DNA of 64,000 bases. Origin: Terriglobia bacterium. GTDB taxonomy: Bacteria; Acidobacteriota; Terriglobia; 2-12-FULL-54-10. The stretch is from NCBI GenBank assembly GCA_963666975.2, contig CAXVYR010000003.1:672001-736000 (forward strand), written 5' to 3'. The notes under the pieces were generated by a model. That model was not told the DNA's origin, made no database searches, and was given only the letters and a program-made list of their open reading frames with translations. Shown here one piece after another: positions 8,133 to 16,272 of this stretch (the stretch's first letter is position 1; each line of letters opens with the position of its first letter). Both the position numbers and the translations under genes were made by a program.

Positions 8133-9818
8133 ATGAATCTCGTGATTAAAGCAGTCGCCTGGTTGATGCTGGCAACCCATATGCTCTTCGCCCAGCAAAC
8201 GATCTCCACCGTGCCGGACATTGTTTTCTACAACGGAAAAATTATTGCGGTGGATGCAGCCTTTACCATTGCCGAGGCCTTTGCCATCAGAGACGACCGG
8301 ATTGTGGCGGTCGGCAGCAACCCCCAAGTGAGAGCGCTGGCAGGCCCGCGAACGCGTTTGGTGGACTTGCGGGAACACGCGGTCATCCCGGGGCTGATGG
8401 ACAATCACAATCATCAATACCACCACGGCCTGATGACGATGCGCGGCATCGATGTGCAGAAAGTCCCCTCCCTGGCTGAGATGCTCAACCGGATTCGGCA
8501 AGCGGCGGCCGCCGCACCGCCCGGCCAGACGGTCCACACCACCACGGGCTGGAATCCGAACGAGTTTCCGGAAAAACGCTCCCCAACCCGGCAGGAACTG
8601 GACGAGGCCGCGCCGGACAATCCGGTTGTGGTTTACCGCAGCCGCAGCTTGGCCATTGTGAATAGCGCCGCGCTGGAGGCGCTCGGCATCACCCGCGATA
8701 CGGATGCCGTCGGAGTCACCGTAATCGAAAAAGACTCTTCCGGCGAGCCGAGCGGCGTAATCCGCGGGTCTCCGGCCTCCGTGCTCAACCTGACTGCCAA
8801 CATTGTTCCTCCGCCCACCCATGAAGAAAAAAAAGAACTGATTCGCAAAGGCCAGCAACAGCAGCATACTGTCGGCTTGACTGGAATTCGTGAATTGCAG
8901 CTCCATCCCGACGTCATGCGGGCCTACTATGATTTGTGGCGGGAGGGCAGGCTCACCATGCGCGTCAGCATGGGATTGGAGCTGAACGCCGGCGAGGAAG
9001 ACCGCCTGGAGGAGATGCTCGCACCCTGGGGTGTGGGCGCCGGATTCGGCGATCACTGGCTCCGCCTGGATTGCATCGCGGAATATAACCCGGGCACTTT
9101 GCTGCGCGAGCCGTTCGCCGAGCCGGGCGGAAACTTCTACGGCGAATCACGTATACCGGAAGAAACCTTCCGCCAAACGATCCTGCGGATCAACCGCCTG
9201 GGCTGGCGGCCCTCTATCCATGCGGTTGGGGACAAGACGCTGGACTGGGTGCTCGATGCTTACGAAGCCGCCGACCGCGAAAATTCGATTCGCGACAAGC
9301 GCTGGATTGTGGAACATATCCCGCTGGTGCATCCGGACCAGATGGAGCGCATGCAGCGCCTGGGAGTGATGGTGTCCGCCCAGATACAGCCTTACACGGG
9401 AGCCAAAGGCATGATTCGCAGTTATGGCAAACAACGAGCCGAACGGGCCGTGCCCATGCGCGAATTGCTGGACCACGGCTTGATTGTCTCCGGCGGAACT
9501 GACTGGCCAGGCCGCACCAACAACCCCTTCTTAAACATCTATTTCTACGTCACCCGAAACACCGTGGATTCGGGGGTCCTTGGAGCGGCACAGAAAATCA
9601 GCCGCCAGGAGGCGCTCCGCGTGGAGTCCCTCAATAACGCCTACCTCACATATGAAGAAAAGATTAAAGGTTCGATCGAGCCCGGCAAACTGGCGGATTT
9701 CTTGATCCTTTCCCACGACATCCTAACGGTTCCCGAGGAACAGATTCGCTCGATCCTCCCTCTCGCCACCTACGTGGGCGGACGGAAGGTCTATTCCAAC
9801 CCTGAGGGCGGTTTCTGA
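8133..9818 (+). CDS. Exported amidohydrolase 3 (YtcJ-like)
   Basis: Signal peptide; PGLMDNHNH, HAVGD, VEH, GGTDWP, GSIEPGKLADFLIL. Confidence 0.92.
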   Translation: MNLVIKAVAWLMLATHMLFAQQTISTVPDIVFYNGKIIAVDAAFTIAEAFAIRDDRIVAVGSNPQVRALAGPRTRLVDLREHAVIPGLMDNHNHQYHHGLMTMRGIDVQKVPSLAEMLNRIRQAAAAAPPGQTVHTTTGWNPNEFPEKRSPTRQELDEAAPDNPVVVYRSRSLAIVNSAALEALGITRDTDAVGVTVIEKDSSGEPSGVIRGSPASVLNLTANIVPPPTHEEKKELIRKGQQQQHTVGLTGIRELQLHPDVMRAYYDLWREGRLTMRVSMGLELNAGEEDRLEEMLAPWGVGAGFGDHWLRLDCIAEYNPGTLLREPFAEPGGNFYGESRIPEETFRQTILRINRLGWRPSIHAVGDKTLDWVLDAYEAADRENSIRDKRWIVEHIPLVHPDQMERMQRLGVMVSAQIQPYTGAKGMIRSYGKQRAERAVPMRELLDHGLIVSGGTDWPGRTNNPFLNIYFYVTRNTVDSGVLGAAQKISRQEALRVESLNNAYLTYEEKIKGSIEPGKLADFLILSHDILTVPEEQIRSILPLATYVGGRKVYSNPEGGF

Positions 9819-9861
9819 CACTTACGGTATGAACATCAGCATACGCCACGGAACGATGGCC

Positions 9862-10211
9862 GACGCCCAGGCCATCTGCCGCGCCGAGAGTCTGGGAAAG
9901 GCGCAGCGCGCCTTCCAGAAATTCCAGGTTCACTGGCGGGAATCGTATCCCGCGATGGTGCGGCGGTTAGAAAACGACTTGTCCGGGCTGCTCAAGTTTC
10001 TTCCACCTCCCCCGACATCTGTGGTGGAAGCTGCGCACTACCCACGTCATCGGGCGCTGTTGCGTGAAGGTTCGGCGCCGCACCCGACCCATGGTTTGCT
10101 TTGTCAATGTTCAGAGCGTGGATCGAATCGTGTTCTCGATCTTTAACCGGATGAACCTACAATGGAAAAACCGCACCCTCCGACTTTTTACACAGGCAGC
10201 TTGACATCACC
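9862..10211 (+). mobile_element. IS256 family 3' remnant (frameshifted) with right end
   Basis: DAQAI...WRESYPAMVRRLE, then shifted KLRTTHVI...VRRRTRPMVCFVNVQSVDRI...LFTQAA*; ends TTTACACAGGCAGCTTGACATCACC. Confidence 0.8.
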
Positions 10212-10326
10212 ATCCTCGGCGAGCACTTGAGTCGACTGGGCGGCTGGCGTAGAATCTTGAACCACGAGGGGGTTGAATTCGGAAATCCCCCGTTCGCACT
10301 AAGACGACTGCAAAGGAGATGCTCTT

Positions 10327-11949
10327 ATGAACGAAGGAAGAATCAAGCTGTTCCGCGCGAGAGGTTCGAATTCGATGGCACTCTTGGCGGTAGTCTTTTT
10401 TTCTCTGCTGTCTCTTGTGCCTGGCTGTAGCAGCAGCCATATCCAACCTTTCCACCTGCTGGAGGCGACCATAGAGGATGTTCATAACGCCTACGAATCG
10501 GGAGATCTCACGTCTCGCCAACTGGTCCAACTCTATCTGGACCGCATCGAGGCATATGACAAAAACGGGCCGAACATTAATTCAATCATCACTCTAAACC
10601 CCCAGGCCCTCGAAGAGGCCGACCGACTGGATGCCGCATTCAACGCCTCCGGTTTTGTTGGCCCACTTCACGGCATTCCAGTGATTGTCAAAGATCAGGC
10701 TGATGCCAAAGGTATGCCGACAACCTTGGGCTCGGTGCTCCTGAAGGATTACTTCCCGGAAAAAGACTCCTTTGCAGTGGCGAAGTTACGGGAAGCGGGC
10801 GCGATCATTCTCGGAAAGTCCACCCTGGGTGAATGGGGAGGGGGAGATACGTATGGTTCCCTCTTCGGGGTTACGCGAAACCCTTATGCATTGGATAGAA
10901 CGGTAGGCGGTTCTTCCGGCGGCACCGGAGGAAGCATTTCCGCAAACTTTGCCACCGTGGGAGTGGGGCAGGAGGGTTTTGCGTCGATTCGCAGGCCATC
11001 CACCTGGAATTCTCTGGTGGGTATGAGGCCGACGGGTGGTCTGATCAGTCGAAGCGGGGTGTATGCCGGATGGCCATCCATCAACGGCTCCCTGGGACCG
11101 ATGACGCGCACGGTAAAAGACCTAGCCACGCTTTTGGACGCCTTAGTGGGCTATGATCCGGAAGACCCTCTTACCGCGCAAGGCGTGGGCAACATACCCG
11201 ATAGCTACACAGATTTCCTCGACAACAACGGGTTGCAGGGAGCCCGCCTGGGGGTAATTCGTGAGTCTATTGCGAGCAATTCGGAGCCTGAGTCAGAAGA
11301 CTTCTCAAAAGTCAGTGAGGTTTTCGACCAGGCAGTTGCACAATTGAAAGCCGCGGGAGCGAAAGTTGTGGACCCGATCGTTATTCCCGACATCAACGAG
11401 CTACTCGCGAAAAGAGCCGGCGGTCCTGATGGGGACCAATCCTTCCAGGTGTACTTCAGCAGGAACCCCAATGCGCCGTTCAAATCTCGCCAGGAAGTCG
11501 TCCAATCGCCTGATTTCGCCAAGGTATTTCGATTTGCACAGCAAATGTTGAGAGGTCCCTCAGGAGGATCACCCGACGAATCCAGACATTACCAATATCT
11601 GCTAGCCAGAGAGCAGTTGATGACAAACCTCCTGAAGGTTATGGCGGACAATAGACTGGATGCGATCGTGCACAAGTCTGTCGAGCACCAACCGACCCTG
11701 ATCCGCGACGGGATGAATCCTCCTTACGTCAACACGAAAGGAGTCCCGCATTTGAACACCTTTTTAGTATTCGTTCCCACGATCACCGTCCCTGCCGGAT
11801 TTACAAGGGACCAGCTCCCCGTTGGGATTAGCTTTCTGGGAAGGCCGTTTAGCGAAGGGGCTTTGATCAAACTGGCCTACTCGTATGAACAGGCGACCCT
11901 CCATCGGAAACCACCGAGCAGCACGCCTGCTCTTCCAGGCAAACCCTGA
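10327..11949 (+). CDS. Amidase signature family protein, probably a lipoprotein
   Basis: GPLHGIPVIVKD, GGSSGG, ASIRRP; hydrophobic N-terminus ending LVPGC. Confidence 0.93.
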   Translation: MNEGRIKLFRARGSNSMALLAVVFFSLLSLVPGCSSSHIQPFHLLEATIEDVHNAYESGDLTSRQLVQLYLDRIEAYDKNGPNINSIITLNPQALEEADRLDAAFNASGFVGPLHGIPVIVKDQADAKGMPTTLGSVLLKDYFPEKDSFAVAKLREAGAIILGKSTLGEWGGGDTYGSLFGVTRNPYALDRTVGGSSGGTGGSISANFATVGVGQEGFASIRRPSTWNSLVGMRPTGGLISRSGVYAGWPSINGSLGPMTRTVKDLATLLDALVGYDPEDPLTAQGVGNIPDSYTDFLDNNGLQGARLGVIRESIASNSEPESEDFSKVSEVFDQAVAQLKAAGAKVVDPIVIPDINELLAKRAGGPDGDQSFQVYFSRNPNAPFKSRQEVVQSPDFAKVFRFAQQMLRGPSGGSPDESRHYQYLLAREQLMTNLLKVMADNRLDAIVHKSVEHQPTLIRDGMNPPYVNTKGVPHLNTFLVFVPTITVPAGFTRDQLPVGISFLGRPFSEGALIKLAYSYEQATLHRKPPSSTPALPGKP

Positions 11950-12069
11950 GAGGAATGATGAAGAATTAACAAGCGACCCTCATTAGGGACTATTTCGTGT
12001 ACTCTTCTCCCGTCGCCAATACGACGTTGCACCCGACGGGTAGCGCTTCAGAATGCTCAGGACAAATCG

Positions 12070-12185
12070 ACCTGTTTCTGGAATCTCTTCAGCCGCTCCC
12101 TTCCGAGGAGATTGAGATATATCCTGTTTCCCGAAAGGTCAACTCCCCGCGATACGACTTGCCTGAGCTAATCGAGAAACGCTAG
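12070..12185 (+). pseudogene. SOS response-associated peptidase (SRAP) C-terminal remnant
   Basis: LQPLPSEEIEIYPVSRKVNSPRYDLPELIE resembles the SRAP C-terminus. Confidence 0.6.
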
Positions 12186-12337
12186 AACCGGTCTCAAAAA
12201 TGGCCATTTTCTGTTAACCGTCAGGGCACGGCTTCAGCCGTGCCGTAAAAAGCCTTGAAAAACAGGGGCTTCAGCCCCTGAGGTAACTTTCGTTTTTGCC
12301 AATTGCGTCATTCCGCGCATTTTTGAGACCAGTTCTA
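12183..12337. mobile_element. MITE with 20-bp terminal inverted repeats enclosing two REP-like hairpins
   Basis: TAGAACCGGTCTCAAAAATG / CATTTTTGAGACCAGTTCTA (1 mismatch); internal GGCACGGCTTCAGCCGTGCC and CAGGGGCTTCAGCCCCTG. Confidence 0.8.
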
Positions 12338-12584
12338 AGGCACGAGGCTTCGCCACAGCCTGCCAGCGGTGGGATTGTGCATGGGTAAATGCCCCGGCCA
12401 GAAAGCGGCCTTACACCGTGCAAGCCCGTTGCTGGCATAGCCCCATGTTTCTTTTTTCATCCCGGACAATATCTCCCCAGCGCTTCTCGCGACCCTTAAT
12501 TTGATTACTGCACACTATTTCTACATCTCAAATCGTAAGTCCGGGATATACTCTACATACGAAAAATAGAGAGGCTAAGCATCT

Positions 12585-12893
12585 GTGGAAAAGCGCAAAC
12601 ATGCGCGTGCTTTTTTAGGCGTACCGGTAATATGCCAGTCGGGCCAGACGAAGGTCGAAGGCATGGCCGAGAATGTGAGTGTTGGAGGCCTTTACTTAGT
12701 CCGGGCGGCGAAGACATTCCCGGTAAATGCGGAGATTATCGCGGAATTCGCAATCCGCGGTTCTAAACAAGCTCTCGCAGCACGAGTGGTTCACGAGGTG
12801 CCAGGTCTGTTTATGGGTGTGGAATTTCTGAATGTTCCGCCGAATTCGAAGGAACTGATTGAGCTGCACGTCGCCACACAATCTGTCCCCTGA
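12585..12893 (+). CDS. PilZ domain protein
   Basis: RKHAR and NVSVGG motifs. Confidence 0.85.
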   Translation: MEKRKHARAFLGVPVICQSGQTKVEGMAENVSVGGLYLVRAAKTFPVNAEIIAEFAIRGSKQALAARVVHEVPGLFMGVEFLNVPPNSKELIELHVATQSVP

Positions 12894-13329
12894 GAAAGAT
12901 TTGTTCTTGTCTAAATGATGGCAACTTTCCACCATTTTTCTTTGGCCTTCCCGGTGGTGTTGCTACCTTCGGCTCCAGCTAAAGCTCCTACAGATTAGCC
13001 GCCCTGTGTCGGCTACCCCTAATGAAAGTGAATCTAATTGGTGGAGGGTAAATGAGAACTTGAGTCGTGTATCATTTCAGTTACCGGCATTCCTCTACAG
13101 GAAATTCTAAATCCGCCTTGAGAATCAGGGGATACTGGCTAATAACCGCCAAGAAAAAAGGGCAACAGCAGGCGTTGCGCTTATAATCACGGGACCAAAC
13201 GGGGTGGCAGCTTTTTATGCCGTTGTCAGCACACAACTTGTCGTGACCCCACAGATGCTGTTCACAGTCTGCGCCGTCGCCACAATCTCTGGAAACCCCA
13301 CTTCCCTTTAGGCAAAAAGTGTTTCCCAT

Positions 13330-13342
13330 TATCAATAAGTTG
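13330..13342 (+). promoter_or_regulatory. IHF consensus site
   Basis: TATCAATAAGTTG is an exact match to WATCAANNNNTTR, upstream of the receiver gene. Confidence 0.45.
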
Positions 13343-13394
13343 TGATAGTTTTCACCCTGCCTGCCAATGGCAAACTGTGCCTGGATGCTCAAAG

Positions 13395-13820
13395 ATGGCA
13401 AATATTCTCCTTGTCGGTAACGACCCTGCCGAGCGCGAAGTCCTTGGTTTAGTGATTGAGTTTGGAGGACATCGCTGCCGGGTGGCGGTTTCTTTGCAGG
13501 AGGCTGTAAAGCTTCTGAAAGGGGAAACCTTTGATCTGGTGGTCACCGACATCAAGCAGGACCGGAGAAGCTCAAAGCAAATCGCAAAGGGATTGAAGGC
13601 TGCTTCTGCGAAAGCGGCTGTGATGATCCTTACTGAAAGTGGCGACACGGATGCAAAAGAAGCGGATGCAATTGTGGCGATCCCCTGCTCGCCGGTGAAC
13701 TTGCTGCAGCGCATTGAGAGCGCGCTGCGAAAGGCCGCTGACCCGGCGAACAAAAAGCCCAGCCAACGGGAGAAGAGGCCCTCTGCGGAATCCCCATGGC
13801 GACGAGCCGCAAAAGCATAG
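13395..13820 (+). CDS. Stand-alone, atypical response regulator receiver protein
   Basis: ANILLVGND...FDLVVTD...VMILT; the conserved KP appears as IP. Confidence 0.8.
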   Translation: MANILLVGNDPAEREVLGLVIEFGGHRCRVAVSLQEAVKLLKGETFDLVVTDIKQDRRSSKQIAKGLKAASAKAAVMILTESGDTDAKEADAIVAIPCSPVNLLQRIESALRKAADPANKKPSQREKRPSAESPWRRAAKA

Positions 13821-14017
13821 CTCCCCGTTATCTTTCCGCATAACCCCCTGTGCCCCCAAGAACAGGGTGCATCGTTAGTTTCGGTCATAGTTTCTGCCAT
13901 CGTTCGGTTTCAGACGCAAGGAACCGAGGAGCCATTCGATCACCGGGAACCGGCTTGTTGAAAATGGCAGGAACGCTGGCGCAGGTTTTTCCTCTGCGGC
14001 GGATTGAATTCAAAAAA

Positions 14018-14386
14018 ATGATGCAGCAATCGCATGGCGAAATTGACCAAAGGCGGTTCCACCGCTATGGTGTAAATTTCCCCTGCACGGTCAGGCCGGT
14101 GCGCAAGCGCAAAGGCTCCAAACCCCATGTGTTAACTGCAACGGCAATCGAAGCCGAGACAAAAGACGTGAGTACCGGGGGCTTCTACTTTGAGGTATCC
14201 GCCGACTGGAAGGTTGGAACGGAAATTGAGTGCACGATTCGTCTGCCGGTCAAGGCCTTCGGGGGACAGCCCGTAGCGATTCGCTGCCGCGGCAAGATCG
14301 CACGCGTTACAAAAAAAGACCCTGGAAGCATCGGCGTGGGGGCAACGATCGAACAGTTCGAGTTCCAGCATCTGGAAAAGAAGTGA
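14018..14386 (+). CDS. PilZ domain protein
   Basis: RRFHR and DVSTGG motifs. Confidence 0.85.
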   Translation: MMQQSHGEIDQRRFHRYGVNFPCTVRPVRKRKGSKPHVLTATAIEAETKDVSTGGFYFEVSADWKVGTEIECTIRLPVKAFGGQPVAIRCRGKIARVTKKDPGSIGVGATIEQFEFQHLEKK

Positions 14387-14441
14387 CGGCAGCCGGCCCC
14401 GCCGATTCCCTCTTCCAAACATCCGAACATCAATCGGACCT

Positions 14442-14564
14442 GAGAGGTTGTTGGAAAACTGGTGTATGGGTCCGCTTGCTAACCCCTCGGTTTCGCTCCC
14501 TTCGACTTCGCTCAGGACAGGCGGGACAGGCGCGCGCGGCTCGGATGGTTTTCACACAGGCTCT
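14442..14564. mobile_element. MITE/REP composite containing two nested 24-nt insertions
   Basis: Its first ~42 bp and the GCGCGCGGCTCGG block match 33870-33922; 14484-14531 is a 48-nt insertion relative to that copy. Confidence 0.75.
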
Positions 14565-14707
14565 GGAGCCGTCCGGCACAGAACGTCCCTCCCAAAATAC
14601 GCTGCCGCAGAGATTCCTCGTCTCTAAATCTGCTATGATTAGCGAACATTATTTCTTAAAATCGTTTCTTGAAAATTGTTTTTTGAAAAAGGAATCTTGG
14701 AAAAAAT

Positions 14708-15346
14708 ATGCGAGTTGCCGCAACAGAAACGTCAACATCCAGGACTTCGATCAATTCACTCTCGCCCATCAACTGTCTTTTAGGATTTACGGTTCTTTTG
14801 AGCGCCCTATGGATTCTGCCGGCCGCCCTGCTTGCTCAGGCATCCAACGGGCAAGGCACGCGGGTAGCATTAGGCTCCGTTTCCGGCGTTGCTAAAAGCC
14901 AGGTGATGGTCCCGCTGTACCTGACCCCTGATCCTCCGGATATCAAGGTGGGCAGCATATCAGCCGCTATTGGGTTTGAAACCAAAGCGGTGACTTTTCT
15001 AAAAGCGGAAGAAGGGTTCTTGCTCGATGGCGTCAACGCCGGCTTTGAGGCCGATCTTCAGCAGAATGCCGATGATCCCAACAAATCTATTCTGCTTTTG
15101 GAGGTTGCCACCGAAGGGGACGAGCGCAAGGCTTTGCGGGAAGGCCTGATCCTTTCGCTGATCTTTCGCGTAAATGATGACGCCCCGGAAGGAACGGTGG
15201 TCTCACTGGCTTTTGAGCAACTCGGAGCCAAGAACATCGAGGCTCCGCCCTCCGCGATTGAACCGCTATCCAGCCAAGATGGGACCATCGAGGTGATCCT
15301 GGAAGATGCGCTCCCCTATGTGGGTTGTTTTTTCTTTACGCATTAA
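14708..15346 (+). CDS. Exported cohesin-like beta-sandwich protein
   Basis: Signal/TM segment, then RVALGSVSG...VMVPLYL...LREGLILSLIFRVNDDAP...DGTIEV; ends YVGCFFFTH. Confidence 0.65.
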   Translation: MRVAATETSTSRTSINSLSPINCLLGFTVLLSALWILPAALLAQASNGQGTRVALGSVSGVAKSQVMVPLYLTPDPPDIKVGSISAAIGFETKAVTFLKAEEGFLLDGVNAGFEADLQQNADDPNKSILLLEVATEGDERKALREGLILSLIFRVNDDAPEGTVVSLAFEQLGAKNIEAPPSAIEPLSSQDGTIEVILEDALPYVGCFFFTH

Positions 15347-15355
15347 TTGCTCCGG

Positions 15356-15580
15356 CTAAGGACCTTCTGCCCGTGCCTGCAACGCAGTCAGCGACTCGGC
15401 TGCTTCTCGAACCACCTGCTCTGCATCGAGTGCTACAAGCTGTCCGTTACGCTTAAGAATGCGGCCGTCGATTACCACCGTATCTACGTTGGCCGGTTGC
15501 GCGGACTGCACCAGGATATTCACGGGTTGCTGTAGGGCGCCGTGTTCAGGTCCGTGGTGCGTACAAGGATTAGGTCAGCA
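15356..15580 (-). pseudogene. Amidohydrolase (deaminase-type) C-terminal remnant, frameshifted
   Basis: ADLILVRTTDLNTAP / VNILVQSAQPANVDTVVIDGRILKRNGQL read across a frameshift. Confidence 0.7.
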
Positions 15581-15859
15581 CGTGGGCATTGCGCACCACG
15601 AACTCGCCCCGCGCGGGCAGTGGGCCTGGGGAATGTTCCTCTGCGAGGCGGTAAGATGTGCAACCTGCCAGGCTTGCAGTGCCTAGAGCTGCTACCGGGC
15701 CCAAAAACGCGCGCCGGTGGAATTTGTTCTGGCTGCTGATCGCCGCCTCCTATCCCTATGCTTGCGCAAGAAACGCCTGAGACGCTGCTAAAAGCGCGGA
15801 CCCAGCCGGGCCGGCATTCCGTTCGTATACTCATCGTTTCTGCCAACTAATTCTGCCAA

Positions 15860-16144
15860 CTAATTCTCCGGGACATAATTCGCCCCTGGGCTCATAATCA
15901 TCCGGGAACTGATACCCCGCCGGTTCCCTTTGATCGCCATGGCTTCAAAGATCGATCCCGGCCTCCCGTTGCACCTGGCGTCATCCACGCTGACGAGGTT
16001 CCCGTTCACGACAATCATGTCGGCGTAGCCGTGCTTGGCCACCTCCAGCGGAAGCGCGCTCTGCGCCTCACTCTGAATGGGCATCAGCGGAAAAATCCAC
16101 AAAGACACGAATACTGCAATGGCCAATATCCAGGTTTTTTGCAT
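15860..16144 (-). pseudogene. Truncated N-terminal paralogue of the adjacent amidohydrolase
   Basis: AQSALPLEVAKHGYADMIVVNG...FEAMAIKGNR aligns with AQSALPPEVARHGYADIIAYNG...YEAIAVKGNK of the 16273-18195 gene. Confidence 0.8.
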
Positions 16145-16272
16145 GAGCTTTTCTCCTGAAACTGGTTGTTCGATGAACAAAGAGTGGTGCTGGGAAAGGA
16201 ACCGGGCCCCTTGCCGGGAGCGGTTGAAAGCAAACCATTACAAGGCAGCAGGCAGCAAAACCGCCCTGCCGA

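Noticed and set aside
13367-13381. Sigma54 promoter TGGCAAACTGTGC
   Set aside because: GG-GC spacing is 8, not 10.
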